From Paracoccaceae bacterium (GTDB lineage: Bacteria; Pseudomonadota; Alphaproteobacteria; Rhodobacterales; Rhodobacteraceae), in contig JBELFK010000002.1 in the NCBI GenBank assembly GCA_042092935.1, positions 1-59,192 of the forward strand: a DNA stretch of 59,192 nt. The letters run 5' to 3'. Positions 1-10,274 of the stretch are shown here, one piece after another; within the stretch, counting starts at the first letter, position 1, and every line of letters starts with the position of its first letter. Both the position numbers and the translations under genes were made by a program. The notes below the pieces were generated by a model, which saw nothing but the letters and a program-made list of their open reading frames with translations, searched no databases and was not told the origin of the DNA.

Positions 1-71
1 TAGACATAGGCGTTCATGCCGATTTCACCGGCTCCGCCCAGAGGCAGGTAAATAAGACGCTCGTTGCTCAA
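1..71 (-). CDS. rnj: Ribonuclease J-like (metallo-beta-lactamase/beta-CASP) RNase, N-terminal fragment running off the window
   Basis: The minus frame reads (L/M)SNERLIYLPLGGAGEIGMNAYV, which resembles the conserved N-terminus of alphaproteobacterial RNase J. A candidate TTG start at 71..69 overlaps the coaX stop. The order nuoN-birA-coaX-rnj is typical of alphaproteobacteria. Only 23 codons are visible. Confidence 0.5.
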   Translation of the reverse strand, partial: MSNERLIYLPLGGAGEIGMNAYV

Positions 72-844
72 GCTGATAGTCCCTTGTTGTAGGCATGTAT
101 GACCGTCAGGCCGTGCATCGTTAGGTCTTCATCTAATGCGTCAAACAACGCTTCGGTTTGGTCAAACAGCGACGCAAGACCACCCGTCGCGATAATCTTC
201 ATCGGGCGTTCCCGTTCAGCCTTTATGCGGGCGCAAACCTCGCGCACCATGCCGATGTAGCCCCAGAAAACACCGGATTGAATACATTCAACCGTATTCG
301 TGCCGACGACCTTTTGCGGCTTGGCGATATCGACATGCGGCAAGGCCGCAGCGGCCATGTGCAAGGCCTCAAGCGACAAGTTGACGCCCGGGGCGATGAC
401 GCCGCCAACATAGGCGCCGTCTCTGGCGACCACGTCAAATGTCGTCGCCGTTCCAAAATCGACCACGATCAGATCGCCCCCGTGGCGATCAAAAGCACCC
501 GCCGCATTCACCAACCGATCCGGCCCGATCTGCGTGCCCAAATCCACCCGAGGATTTGCTGGCAATGCGCATTCCGGCTTGCCCACGACAATCGGACGGC
601 AGCCAAAAAAGCGGTCTGCGAAAACGCGCAGGTTGAACACCACCCGTGGCACTGTAGACGATATGATGACGTCCGTAATGTCGAGCTTCAGCTCGTAGTG
701 TTTCACAAGGGTCGAGAACCAGGTGAAATAGGCATCAGCAGTACGACCGTGATGGGTCGACGTCCGCATCGTGCAGAGAAACCTCTCGCCGTCCCAAATC
801 GAGAACACCGTATTTGTATTGCCGCAATCAATCGCCAGAAGCAT
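68..844 (-). CDS. coaX: Type III pantothenate kinase
   Basis: 258 aa. The N-terminus MLLAIDCGNTNTVFSIWDG and the DFGTATTFD and ATGGLA motifs indicate the CoaX/ASKHA fold. ATG at 844. Confidence 0.9.
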   Translation of the reverse strand: MLLAIDCGNTNTVFSIWDGERFLCTMRTSTHHGRTADAYFTWFSTLVKHYELKLDITDVIISSTVPRVVFNLRVFADRFFGCRPIVVGKPECALPANPRVDLGTQIGPDRLVNAAGAFDRHGGDLIVVDFGTATTFDVVARDGAYVGGVIAPGVNLSLEALHMAAAALPHVDIAKPQKVVGTNTVECIQSGVFWGYIGMVREVCARIKAERERPMKIIATGGLASLFDQTEALFDALDEDLTMHGLTVIHAYNKGLSA

Positions 845-853
845 GCGCCACCT

Positions 854-1621
854 CTAGAAGAAAATATCAGCCGCGGGAATCGTCTCGCGGGCTTTTGCGG
901 TCTTTAACACAAGATTGCCTTGCGCATCGACCGTCTCAAATGTGCCAGTCACCTCGTCGCGCATCGTGCGCGCAGTGATGACCTCACCAATCTTTGCGGC
1001 CCGTGACAGCCACAAAGCCCGAATGGGTGCAAATCCCAAAGTTCGAAAGCTGTCTTCGTGACGCGCATAGGCCGGTGCCAATAGGTCGAGAAACGCCTCG
1101 GGCGTCAATTGCACACCCGTCTCACCAAAGACCGACACCGGCGGCATCGCCGTCGCTTCCAAATCTTCCGCCCTTGGCGCAGCCACAAGATTGACCCCGA
1201 TCCCAATCGCCATGTGACCAACGTCCTGCCCAAGCCCTGCGCTTTCAAGCAGTATCCCGGCAACTTTGCCACCCTTCAGCAAAACGTCGTTCGGCCACTT
1301 CAAAGACAGCCAGTCCGTGCGCCCCGTTGCCGCCTCAAGCGCATCAAACAAGGCAAGCGACGCCACGAAACTGCGCAAGGCAATCTGATCCGGCGTCTCG
1401 GTTGGGCGCATCACCAAAGTGGCGGTGAAATTTCCAACCGGTGCCTGCCACTGACGCCCTCGCCGACCGCGTCCTTTCGTTTGGGTCAGTCCCAATATCC
1501 ACTCAGGCCCTGCAAGCGATCCGGCAATTCGCGCGGCCTCGGCGTTCGTGCTGTCCACCTCGGCCAAGATGCGCTTGCCATATCCAAGAGGCCAATCAGA
1601 ACTCACTTTATCTTGCTCCAA
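854..1621 (-). CDS. birA: Biotin--[acetyl-CoA-carboxylase] ligase
   Basis: 255 aa with the GRGRRGRQW biotin-binding loop and the KWPNDV motif. The track start at 1621 is TTG; a GTG at 1606 is an alternative, so the start is uncertain. Confidence 0.85.
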   Translation of the reverse strand: MEQDKVSSDWPLGYGKRILAEVDSTNAEAARIAGSLAGPEWILGLTQTKGRGRRGRQWQAPVGNFTATLVMRPTETPDQIALRSFVASLALFDALEAATGRTDWLSLKWPNDVLLKGGKVAGILLESAGLGQDVGHMAIGIGVNLVAAPRAEDLEATAMPPVSVFGETGVQLTPEAFLDLLAPAYARHEDSFRTLGFAPIRALWLSRAAKIGEVITARTMRDEVTGTFETVDAQGNLVLKTAKARETIPAADIFF

Positions 1622-1632
1622 ATACCCACACC

Positions 1633-1665
1633 AAAAAACAAAAGCGACGCGCCTTGGCGCGTCAC
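1633..1665 (-). terminator. Rho-independent terminator-like hairpin between nuoN and birA
   Basis: On the minus strand: GTGACGCGCC-AA-GGCGCGTCGC (10-bp GC-rich stem with one mismatch) followed by TTTTGTTTTTT. It begins about 31 nt after the nuoN stop and ends 12 nt before the birA start. Confidence 0.6.
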
Positions 1666-1696
1666 AATTGTGTCAAACCTGTTGAGGCTGCGCGAT

Positions 1697-3136
1697 TTAA
1701 TGGACAAGCGTTGCCGCTGCGGCTGCCGCCGGACCTTCGATGCCAAACAGATTGACGACACCGATTAGCATGATCGCCGCTGATGCCACCAACACGCCCG
1801 ACAACATGGTCGATTTGCCACCATTCAACCCTTCGGCCTCGTCGCCGAAATACATGAAGAACACGATACGCAAGTAATAGAACGCACCAATGGCTGACGC
1901 GACAGCCGAGGCAACAACCAGCCAAACCATGTCCGCTGCAATCGCAGCCTGCCACACGCCCAGTTTCGCGAAGAACCCAAGCATCGGCGGAACGCCCGCC
2001 AGCGAGAACATCAGCACCAGAACGGCCATCGCCTTGCCCGGTTCGGATCGCGCATAAAGACGCAGGCTGTCAATATGTGTTACCGGCTGGCCGTCGCGCT
2101 CCATCGACAGAATAAAGGCGAATGTTCCGATGTTCATGGTCACATAAATCGCCATGTAAATCAGCATCGCAGAAATGCCAGCCTCGGTTCCCGTTGCCAG
2201 ACCGATCAACGCATAGCCCATATGGGCAATCGAGGAATAGGCCATCAGACGTTTGATGTCGCGCTGACCAATCGCGGCAACCGCGCCAAGGAACATCGAC
2301 AAAACCGCCAGCAATGCAATGATCTGCTGCCAGTCGCCCACCATACCGCCAAAAGCGTCATGCATGACACGCGCGAACAACCCCATGGCCGCAACCTTGG
2401 GCGCGGTCGCAAAAAAGGCGGTCACCGGCGTCGGAGCGCCCTCGTAAACATCAGGCGTCCACATGTGGAACGGCACAGCCGAAACCTTGAACGCAAAACC
2501 CGACGCCATGAACACCAGACCAAACAGCATGCCGATTGGCATGTAATCGCCTTGGGTTGCCTGAGCGATTCCGCTGAACAACGTCGTTCCCGAGAAGCCG
2601 TAGACCAGCGACGCACCGTAAAGCAACAAGCCGGAACTCAGAGCGCCAAGAACGAAATACTTCAGTCCAGCCTCGGTCGATTTCAGACTGTCGCGACGGA
2701 TCGAGGCAATGACATAAAGCGCCAGCGACTGAAGCTCGAGCCCCATGTAAAGCGTCATCAAATCGCCCGCCGAGACCATCACCATCATGCCAACCACGGC
2801 CAGTGTAATCAGGATCGGATACTCAAACTTCAGCATCCCGCGACGCGCGGCGTAGTCCTGACTCATGACGATGACCGCTGCTGCCGACAACAGGATCACG
2901 ACCTTTGCAAAGCGGCTAAAAGCGTCGTCCGTATACATGCCACCAAAGGCCGAATTGTCGCCCGCGCCATTCATGCCAATCCAAGCGGCCAGAACCACAA
3001 ACAGGCTTGCGGTGATCCACGTCAGCATCGACGCCGATTTGTCTTTGCCCGTATAGACAGCCCCAACCAACGCCAACATGGCGAAGACAGACAGGATGAT
3101 TTCCGGCAGGATAATATTCAGATCAGCCTGAAGCAT
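1697..3136 (-). CDS. nuoN: NADH-quinone oxidoreductase subunit N
   Basis: 479-aa polytopic antiporter-like protein in the last position of the nuo operon. GAGGA SD upstream of the ATG at 3136. Confidence 0.95.
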   Translation of the reverse strand: MLQADLNIILPEIILSVFAMLALVGAVYTGKDKSASMLTWITASLFVVLAAWIGMNGAGDNSAFGGMYTDDAFSRFAKVVILLSAAAVIVMSQDYAARRGMLKFEYPILITLAVVGMMVMVSAGDLMTLYMGLELQSLALYVIASIRRDSLKSTEAGLKYFVLGALSSGLLLYGASLVYGFSGTTLFSGIAQATQGDYMPIGMLFGLVFMASGFAFKVSAVPFHMWTPDVYEGAPTPVTAFFATAPKVAAMGLFARVMHDAFGGMVGDWQQIIALLAVLSMFLGAVAAIGQRDIKRLMAYSSIAHMGYALIGLATGTEAGISAMLIYMAIYVTMNIGTFAFILSMERDGQPVTHIDSLRLYARSEPGKAMAVLVLMFSLAGVPPMLGFFAKLGVWQAAIAADMVWLVVASAVASAIGAFYYLRIVFFMYFGDEAEGLNGGKSTMLSGVLVASAAIMLIGVVNLFGIEGPAAAAAATLVH

Positions 3137-3147
3137 CGTTCAAATCC

Positions 3148-4698
3148 TCAATGGGTTGCCGCAGTTGCCGATGCTGCAAGATCCGCAGTCGTGGCAAGGG
3201 CCGAATTGTAGTTGATAAGCAGGTTCTCGACCGATGGGCCGATAATGTCGGTCACCAGCGATGGGTAGACGCCCAGCAAAAGCGTCATGAACACCAGCGG
3301 CGCCATGATCCAGCGCTCGCGGCTGCTCATGTCTTCGATGGATTTCAACGCCTCTTTGATAAGGTCACCAAGCACGACACGGCGATAAAGCCACAGCGCG
3401 TAGGCCGCCGAGAAGATCACACCGGACGTCGCGATGGCGGCGATCCATGTGTTATACTGGAACATCCCCACCAATGTCAGGAATTCGCCGACAAACCCCG
3501 AGGTTCCCGGAAGGCCGACGTTTGCCATGGTGAAGAACATGAAGATCAGCGCGTAGGCAGGCATCCGGTTCACAAGACCGCCATAAGCGGCAATATCGCG
3601 GGTGTGCATGCGGTCGTAGATCACGCCAACACTCAGGAACAATGCGCCCGAGATAAACCCGTGCGAGATCATCTGGAAAATCGCGCCGTCAACGCCTTGT
3701 TGGTTGGCAACGAAGATACCGGCGGTGACATAACCCATGTGGGCAACCGATGAATAAGCGATCAGCTTTTTCATGTCTTCCTGCACCAGCGCCACCAGCG
3801 ACGTATAGACAATCGCGATCACCGACAGCCAGAGGACCAGATCGGTCATCACATCCGCGCCAACGGGGAACATCGGCAAGCTGAAGCGCAAGAAGCCATA
3901 GCCCCCCATCTTCAACAGGATCGCCGCCAGCACGACGGACCCAGCCGTCGGTGCCTGAACGTGCGCATCAGGAAGCCACGTATGGAACGGCCACATCGGC
4001 ATTTTCACCGCGAAGCTGGCAAAGAACGCGAGGAACAGCATCGTTTGCAAGCCACCAACAACGGTGATCCCAAGGACCGAGAAAGTCTCGGACGCGAACT
4101 CATGCGTTGCAAGTGCCACCATATCGGTTGTGCCTGCGTCGGCGTACATCGCCACCATCGCCACCAGCATCAACACCGAGCCGATGAAGGTGTAGAGGAA
4201 GAATTTGAACGATGCATAAATACGGTTCGCGCCGCCCCAGATGCCGATAATCAGGAACATCGGGATCAATCCGGCCTCAAAGAACAGATAGAACAGCACC
4301 AGATCGAGCGCCATGAAGACGCCCAGCATGAGCGTCTCCAAAAGCAGAAACGCGATCATGTATTCTTTGACACGGACCTTCACATCCCAGCTGGCCAGAA
4401 CAACCAGAGGCATCATGAATGTGGTCAGCATCACGAACAGCACGCTGATACCGTCGACACCCATCTTATAGGTCAGACCCATCAGCCATGCGCGCTCTTC
4501 AACGTATTGCATGCCCGGATCGGACGAGTCGAATTCGGCCAGAATGAACAGCGACACGAGGAACGTCACACTGGTCGCCACAAGGGCGAGCATTTTTGCC
4601 CGACCGTTGGCCGCGTCGTCTTCACCGCGCAGGAAGATCGCCAGGATCAGTGCTGCGACAGCGGGGATAAACGTAACAATGGAAAGAAGGTTTGCCAT
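3148..4698 (-). CDS. nuoM: NADH-quinone oxidoreductase subunit M
   Basis: 516-aa Mrp/ND4-like antiporter subunit. Its ATG overlaps the nuoL TAA (TAATG). Confidence 0.95.
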   Translation of the reverse strand: MANLLSIVTFIPAVAALILAIFLRGEDDAANGRAKMLALVATSVTFLVSLFILAEFDSSDPGMQYVEERAWLMGLTYKMGVDGISVLFVMLTTFMMPLVVLASWDVKVRVKEYMIAFLLLETLMLGVFMALDLVLFYLFFEAGLIPMFLIIGIWGGANRIYASFKFFLYTFIGSVLMLVAMVAMYADAGTTDMVALATHEFASETFSVLGITVVGGLQTMLFLAFFASFAVKMPMWPFHTWLPDAHVQAPTAGSVVLAAILLKMGGYGFLRFSLPMFPVGADVMTDLVLWLSVIAIVYTSLVALVQEDMKKLIAYSSVAHMGYVTAGIFVANQQGVDGAIFQMISHGFISGALFLSVGVIYDRMHTRDIAAYGGLVNRMPAYALIFMFFTMANVGLPGTSGFVGEFLTLVGMFQYNTWIAAIATSGVIFSAAYALWLYRRVVLGDLIKEALKSIEDMSSRERWIMAPLVFMTLLLGVYPSLVTDIIGPSVENLLINYNSALATTADLAASATAATH

Positions 4699-6788
4699 TA
4701 GTTCGCTCCTCCGCTGAGCGACATCCAGGTAATCAATGCAACGATGCCAAGCACCATCGCAAAAGCGTAAGTGAACACGTAACCAGACTGGGCCTTACCA
4801 GCGAGGCGGGTGAAGAAAGGAATAATCCCCATCGCGATCCCATTCAGCGTACCGTCAATGACGTTGCCGTCGCCGCGTTTCCAGAAGAAACGACCGAGGG
4901 CACTTGCTGGCTTGACGAAAAGGAAATCATAGGCCTCGTCAAAGTACCATTTGTTCAACAGGAACTGATAGAGTGGACGCTGGTTCGCCGCCAGACGGCC
5001 AGGGATCGTCGGATTGATGATGTAGAACCAGAACGCCGTGATAAACCCGAGGATCATCGCAACAAACGGCGACAGTTTCACCCATGTTGGCACGTAATGC
5101 GCTTCGTGAAGCACAGTATTCTCGGGCTTAAAGTAGATCGCTGCCTCGCCCGGTTCTCCGGCCATGACGTATTTCAGCTTCGAGGCTTTCGGGTTTGACT
5201 CGGCGACCTCTTTGACCAGCTCTTCCGCCGGGGCTGTGTATTCACCGCCGAAATACTTTACGACCTCATTGGGTTTACCAAAGAACGAGCCGTACCAGAT
5301 CATACCCGCAGTGATCGAGCCGATGGCGAGAACTCCGAGCGGCACCAGCATAACCATCGGGCTTTCATGCGCGTGGTCATGGGTGTGCTTGTCGCCACGT
5401 GCCTTGCCATAGAAGGTCAGGAACATCAGACGCCAGCTATAGAACGACGTGAACAGCGCCGCGATCACAAGCATCCAGAAGCCGTACCCACCCATAGTGC
5501 CGACATAGGCGCTTTCGATGACGGCGTCCTTTGACAAGAACCCTGCAAAGCCGATCGGAATGTCACCGAATGCGATGAGCATTGGCGGAATTCCGACACC
5601 GGTAATTGCCAATGTGCCGATCATCATCGCCCAGAAAGTATAGGGCATTTTTTTGCGCAGACCGCCGTAGTTCCGCATGTCTTGCTCGTGATGCATCCCG
5701 TGGATCACCGAACCGGCCCCAAGGAACAGCATCGCCTTGAAAAACGCGTGCGTGAACAAGTGGAACATTGCGACCGAATAAACTCCGACACCTGCGGCGA
5801 CAAACATGTAGCCAAGCTGGGACATCGTTGAATAGGCGATGACGCGTTTGATGTCGTTTTGCACCAGACCAATCGTCGCCGCGACAAACGCGGTCGAGGC
5901 CCCGAGGAATACGATAAAGCCTTTGGCCTCGGGGGCGAATTCGAACAGAGGCGACATGCGCGCCACAAGAAAGACGCCAGCCGTCACCATGGTCGCAGCG
6001 TGGATCAAGGCCGACACGGGGGTCGGGCCTTCCATCGCATCCGGTAGCCATGTGTGCAGGAACAACTGGGCCGATTTACCCATCGCACCGATGAAAAGAA
6101 GAACCGCCAGAAGGTTCGCGGCGTTCCAATCGTTCCACAGGAAGGTCAGGGATTTATCTGCAAGCTCGGGGGCTGCGGCAAAGACGTCGTCGAATTGGAT
6201 CGATCCGGTCATCATGAACAGACCGAAGATGCCCAAAGCAAAGCCAAAATCGCCCACACGGTTGACAACGAACGCTTTTATCGATGCCGCATTCGCGCTG
6301 TCTTTGCGGTAATAGAAACCGATCAGAAGATAGGACGCGACGCCAACGCCTTCCCAACCAAAGAACATCTGAACGAGGTTGTCCGAGGTCACCAGCATCA
6401 GCATGGCGAAGGTGAAGAACGACAGGTAGGCAAAAAAGCGTGGACGGTAACTTTCGTCCTCAGAGAAATTTTCGTCGTGGGCCATGTAGCCAATCGAATA
6501 CATATGCACCAGCGCCGAAACCGTCGTCACAACGATCAGCATGATCGCGGTCAACCGGTCGAGACGAATGCCCCAGCTTGTGTCAAGCGTACCGGACTGG
6601 ATCCATGTCAGGATCTCGATGTTCTTGGTTTCGCCGTCGAACCCCAGGAACACGATCCAGCTGAGGATCGCCGACAGGAACAACATGCCGGTTGTGACAT
6701 ACTGAGCCCCTTTGTCGCCAATGATCCGATGACCGAACCCTGCGATAATGGCGCTCACCAGAGGGGCAAATAGGATTACCGATTCCAT
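4698..6788 (-). CDS. nuoL: NADH-quinone oxidoreductase subunit L
   Basis: ND5-like protein of 696 aa with a long C-terminal lateral-helix region. The track start at 6791 is TTG; I prefer the ATG at 6788, 4 nt after the nuoK stop. Confidence 0.95.
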   Translation of the reverse strand: MESVILFAPLVSAIIAGFGHRIIGDKGAQYVTTGMLFLSAILSWIVFLGFDGETKNIEILTWIQSGTLDTSWGIRLDRLTAIMLIVVTTVSALVHMYSIGYMAHDENFSEDESYRPRFFAYLSFFTFAMLMLVTSDNLVQMFFGWEGVGVASYLLIGFYYRKDSANAASIKAFVVNRVGDFGFALGIFGLFMMTGSIQFDDVFAAAPELADKSLTFLWNDWNAANLLAVLLFIGAMGKSAQLFLHTWLPDAMEGPTPVSALIHAATMVTAGVFLVARMSPLFEFAPEAKGFIVFLGASTAFVAATIGLVQNDIKRVIAYSTMSQLGYMFVAAGVGVYSVAMFHLFTHAFFKAMLFLGAGSVIHGMHHEQDMRNYGGLRKKMPYTFWAMMIGTLAITGVGIPPMLIAFGDIPIGFAGFLSKDAVIESAYVGTMGGYGFWMLVIAALFTSFYSWRLMFLTFYGKARGDKHTHDHAHESPMVMLVPLGVLAIGSITAGMIWYGSFFGKPNEVVKYFGGEYTAPAEELVKEVAESNPKASKLKYVMAGEPGEAAIYFKPENTVLHEAHYVPTWVKLSPFVAMILGFITAFWFYIINPTIPGRLAANQRPLYQFLLNKWYFDEAYDFLFVKPASALGRFFWKRGDGNVIDGTLNGIAMGIIPFFTRLAGKAQSGYVFTYAFAMVLGIVALITWMSLSGGAN

Positions 6789-6792
6789 CAAA

Positions 6793-7098
6793 TCAGCCTT
6801 TCATCACGTTGACGTCTTCGACCGCGATGGTGCCGCGGTTACGGAAGAAGCAGACGAGGATTGCAAGGCCGATGGCAGCTTCCGCCGCCGCGACCGTGAG
6901 AACGAAGAGTGTAAAGACCTGACCGACCAGATCGCCGAGGAAGCTCGAGAAAGCAACGAGGTTGATGTTCACCGACAGCAACATCAATTCGATCGACATC
7001 AGCAAAACGATCACGTTCTTGCGGTTCAGGAATAGCCCGAAAATTCCGATGACGAACAGCGTCGCCGCCACTGTCAGGTAATGCTCAATTCCGATCAT
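6793..7098 (-). CDS. nuoK: NADH-quinone oxidoreductase subunit K
   Basis: 101 aa, three TM helices, ND4L-like (MIGIEHYL...). GAGGA SD upstream. Confidence 0.95.
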   Translation of the reverse strand: MIGIEHYLTVAATLFVIGIFGLFLNRKNVIVLLMSIELMLLSVNINLVAFSSFLGDLVGQVFTLFVLTVAAAEAAIGLAILVCFFRNRGTIAVEDVNVMKG

Positions 7099-7110
7099 AC
7101 CGTCCTCACT

Positions 7111-7311
7111 TCATGTACTTTGTTCCGGAAAACTCGGCCGTGCCGATCTCCGAAAATTAAATAGGGTGCGCATTTTGGTTTGCGCCGTGTCTAGAAGAAA
7201 GCCAAAGGTCTTACGAACAACCCACGCCCCTACCGTCAATTTCAAAATCCAGAATAATGCGTAAATCCCGACACCCATCGGTGAGAAAACCACGCTCCAG
7301 AAACTTGTCAT
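7111..7311 (-). CDS. Hypothetical small hydrophobic protein (66 aa) between nuoJ and nuoK
   Basis: The ATG lies 3 nt after the nuoJ TAA, and the stop lies 12 nt before the nuoK ATG, so the ORF exactly fills the gap. It has one hydrophobic segment (GVGIYALFWILKLTVGAWVV) and a basic tail. No family recognised. Confidence 0.45.
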   Translation of the reverse strand: MTSFWSVVFSPMGVGIYALFWILKLTVGAWVVRKTFGFLLDTAQTKMRTLFNFRRSARPSFPEQST

Positions 7312-7314
7312 CTG

Positions 7315-7923
7315 TTACAGCCCCTGCCCTGGCTTGACGTCTTTCAATTCCATCGACTTGGCCGGATCGCGATACATCTGCGCCAGAATATCCTGACGCT
7401 TGACGTCCGTGCGATGGCGCAGCGTCAGAACGATGGCGCCGATCATGGCAACCAGCAGGATCAGGCCTGACAGTTGGAACAGAAGGAAATATTTGTCGTA
7501 GATCAGCAAACCAAGCGCTGCTGTGTTCTGCGTATCCGTCGGCGTCACGGCCCCGCGCAGCGATTGCGCTTGTTCGGCCTCGGTCCATGCGCCATAGGCC
7601 ATGCCGAGTTGCATCAACAGAACAAGCCCGATCAGCAAGGCCAACGGCATATAGCGCGCCATTTCGGCTTTAAGCTCGGCAAAATCCACATCCAGCATCA
7701 TCACGACGAACAGGAACAATACCGCGACCGCGCCGACGTAGACGATAATCAAAAGCATCGCCACGAATTCCGCACCCAAGAGCACGAACAATCCGGCCGA
7801 GCTGAGGAACGCAAGGATCAACCATAAAACCGAGTGAACCGGATTGCGGCTTACCACGGTGAAGAAGCCACCTGTGATCGTCGTGATCGCAAAGGCGTAA
7901 AAGGCTAAGGCTGCAACGGTCAT
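7315..7923 (-). CDS. nuoJ: NADH-quinone oxidoreductase subunit J
   Basis: 202 aa, ND6-like. Its ATG overlaps the upstream ORF stop (ATGA). Confidence 0.93.
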   Translation of the reverse strand: MTVAALAFYAFAITTITGGFFTVVSRNPVHSVLWLILAFLSSAGLFVLLGAEFVAMLLIIVYVGAVAVLFLFVVMMLDVDFAELKAEMARYMPLALLIGLVLLMQLGMAYGAWTEAEQAQSLRGAVTPTDTQNTAALGLLIYDKYFLLFQLSGLILLVAMIGAIVLTLRHRTDVKRQDILAQMYRDPAKSMELKDVKPGQGL

Positions 7924-8327
7924 TGCTCATCATCCTTGTTGTTGTCCATGACTTCCCTGGCAAGTTCCATTGCGCGGGTCATGGCCGGAATACCGGCGAA
8001 CATCGACATTTGGGCGATGGTCTCGGCGATTTCATCATGGGTCGCACCCGCTTCCAGGGCATGACGGATCGTCATGCGAAACGGCGTGTCGGCCTGTGCG
8101 CCTTGCATCGTGAGACCAGCAATGGTCAGCAGCAAACGCGTTTTCGCGTCCAAGCCTTCCTTGCTGATCCCTTTGCCAAAGGTCATTTCCATCATTTCCT
8201 TGGGCATTGTGGGCCAAAGGGTCTCGAACCCGCGCGGCGAGAACGACTCGAGTGCAGGGTTAAATGACTTTGCCATTTCCTGCGCCTGGGCCATCATCAG
8301 CTCAAAAGGGGTTTTCATATCGCTCAT
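7920..8327 (-). CDS. Carboxymuconolactone decarboxylase (AhpD-like) family protein embedded in the nuo operon
   Basis: 135 aa from the internal ATG at 8327 ([10 protein letters not shown]...). The core [20 protein letters not shown]...[16 protein letters not shown] is typical of the CMD/AhpD-like fold. No CxxC motif. ATGA overlaps with the nuoI stop and with the nuoJ start. Confidence 0.75.
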   Translation of the reverse strand: MSDMKTPFELMMAQAQEMAKSFNPALESFSPRGFETLWPTMPKEMMEMTFGKGISKEGLDAKTRLLLTIAGLTMQGAQADTPFRMTIRHALEAGATHDEIAETIAQMSMFAGIPAMTRAMELAREVMDNNKDDEQ

Positions 8328-8818
8328 CGGTAGGGTGCATCCAACTCGAGGTTGCGGGCGATTTCCGCTTCCCAACGCTCACCATTCGCAAGAAGGCGGT
8401 CTTTGTTGTAAAACAACTCTTCGCGGGTTTCCGTTGCGTATTCGAAATTCGGGCCTTCGACGATGGCATCCACAGGACAGGCTTCCTGACAGAACCCGCA
8501 GTAGATGCATTTTGTCATGTCGATGTCATAGCGCGTGGTGCGACGGCTGCCGTCTTCACGCGGTTCGGCGTCAATGGTGATCGCCTGCGCGGGGCAGACG
8601 GCTTCGCACAATTTACAGGCGATGCAACGCTCTTCCCCGTTTGGATAGCGGCGCAAGGCATGCTCGCCACGGAACCGAGGCGACAGCGGGCCTTTTTCAT
8701 GCGGGTAGTTCACCGTCGCTTTGGGCGCGAAGAAATACTTAAAGCCGAGCTTGAAGCCCTTGAAAAAGTCATTGAGCAGGAAATAGCCAGCCGCGCGCTT
8801 GTAATCGATCTGAGTCAT
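8324..8818 (-). CDS. nuoI: NADH-quinone oxidoreductase subunit I
   Basis: 164 aa from the ATG at 8818 ([11 protein letters not shown]...). Two 4Fe-4S motifs: [12 protein letters not shown] and [12 protein letters not shown]. The upstream 25 codons of the track ORF overlap nuoH. Confidence 0.95.
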   Translation of the reverse strand: MTQIDYKRAAGYFLLNDFFKGFKLGFKYFFAPKATVNYPHEKGPLSPRFRGEHALRRYPNGEERCIACKLCEAVCPAQAITIDAEPREDGSRRTTRYDIDMTKCIYCGFCQEACPVDAIVEGPNFEYATETREELFYNKDRLLANGERWEAEIARNLELDAPYR

Positions 8819-8819
8819 A

Positions 8820-9860
8820 TCAGCCTCCAATCGCCCAGCGAGCGTATGCGCCGCCGAATGCTTCGAATTTTGCAAGGAACGACACCAAAACAACCCAGAC
8901 CAGCGACAATGGCAGGAAGACTTTCCAACCGATACGCATCAGTTGGTCGTAGCGGTAACGCGGTGTGATCGCCTTAATCATCGAGAAGGCAAAGAACACG
9001 AGGAACATTTTGCCGACCATCCAAAGTAGGCCATCAGGCAGCCCAGGAATTGGCGACAACCAGCCACCAAAGAACAGCAAGGTCACAAGCGCCGTCATCA
9101 GCACCATGGCCAACAATTCGCCAAGGAAGAACAGCATGAACGGGGTCGAGCTGTATTCAACCTGATAACCGGCAACCAGTTCGGATTCCGCTTCTGGAAG
9201 GTCGAACGGCGGGCGGTTGGTCTCAGCCAGCGCCGAGATGAAGAACAGGAACAGCATCGGAAGATGCGGCAACCAGTACCAGCTTAACAGGCCATAGTCG
9301 CCCGCCTGTGCATTGACGATGTCGCCAAAGTTCATCGAACCGGTCGAGATGATTATGCCGATGATAATCAGGCCGATCGAGACCTCGTAGGAAATCATTT
9401 GCGCCGCCGAGCGAAGTGATCCGAGGAACGGGTATTTCGAGTTCGAAGCCCATCCGCCCATGATGACGCCGTAAACCTCGAGCGAGGAAATCGCGAAAAC
9501 ATAGAGGATCGCCACGTTGATGTCCGCAATCGCCCAGCCATCGCCGAACGGGATCACCGCCCAGACGATAACCGCCATGACGACCGAAATCATCGGTGCC
9601 AGAAGAAAGACCACGCGGTCAGCGCCGGCGGGAAAGACGACTTCCTTGACGATATACTTAATAAAGTCGGCAAAACTTTGCAGGATGCCAAACGCGCCAA
9701 CCACGTTCGGACCTTTGCGCAACTGAACCGCTGCCCAAATCTTGCGTTCGCCATACATCAGGAAGGCCAGCGATGTGACAATCGGTAGGATCAGAAGAAG
9801 CGTCTTGCCAAGAATGACAAGGAAAATCCCCAGATTGGTGTCCGTAAAGAATTCAGCCAT
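8820..9860 (-). CDS. nuoH: NADH-quinone oxidoreductase subunit H
   Basis: 346 aa, ND1-like polytopic membrane protein. Confidence 0.95.
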   Translation of the reverse strand: MAEFFTDTNLGIFLVILGKTLLLILPIVTSLAFLMYGERKIWAAVQLRKGPNVVGAFGILQSFADFIKYIVKEVVFPAGADRVVFLLAPMISVVMAVIVWAVIPFGDGWAIADINVAILYVFAISSLEVYGVIMGGWASNSKYPFLGSLRSAAQMISYEVSIGLIIIGIIISTGSMNFGDIVNAQAGDYGLLSWYWLPHLPMLFLFFISALAETNRPPFDLPEAESELVAGYQVEYSSTPFMLFFLGELLAMVLMTALVTLLFFGGWLSPIPGLPDGLLWMVGKMFLVFFAFSMIKAITPRYRYDQLMRIGWKVFLPLSLVWVVLVSFLAKFEAFGGAYARWAIGG

Positions 9861-9866
9861 ATGTCC

Positions 9867-10274
9867 TCACACCGTAGGTACTTCGTTTTCGTTACAAGCA
9901 GCGACGACAACTTCGGCGTCGATCTGCCGTCTTCCGCGGGGCAATGCGTCAGACACGGTGTAAAACGCGTCTGCCTGCCAATAGTCGGTTTCTTCCGAGA
10001 CCGTCGTACTGACATGGCGTGCAAAGCCGTATCCACGGATCAATGTATATTGTGCAGCCACGCATTCCGCGTATTCCGCAACATCCGCAATTCGGTTCGC
10101 GCCAATCATCTTGACGCGAAACTGGACGATATCATCATCCAGCAAACGGGTTTCCGAGCCGAGATAATCAAATCCGGCGCGGGAAAAATTCAGATCGCCA
10201 CTGTTCACTGGTGCACAGGCCCCGCCCAGAAGGGCCAGACCCATGGCTGGAAGATATGTGGCGCGGGCCACCAT
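9867..10274 (-). CDS. Hypothetical lipoprotein (135 aa) between nuoG and nuoH
   Basis: The internal ATG at 10274 overlaps the nuoG stop (TGATG). The N-terminus [20 protein letters not shown] looks like a signal peptide with a lipobox-like Cys. The stop overlaps the GAGGA SD of nuoH. No family recognised. Confidence 0.6.
   Translation of the reverse strand: MVARATYLPAMGLALLGGACAPVNSGDLNFSRAGFDYLGSETRLLDDDIVQFRVKMIGANRIADVAEYAECVAAQYTLIRGYGFARHVSTTVSEETDYWQADAFYTVSDALPRGRRQIDAEVVVAACNENEVPTV

Noticed and set aside
2075-3211. 378-codon plus-strand ORF antisense to nuoN. Similar long antisense ORFs occur at 3961..4701, 6054..6773, 8264..8968, 14586..15404 and 15467..16612.
   Set aside because: Each lies wholly inside a confidently identified nuo gene on the other strand. 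The translations are Arg/His/Gln-rich and low in complexity, with no recognisable motifs. These are typical shadow ORFs of GC-rich coding DNA.
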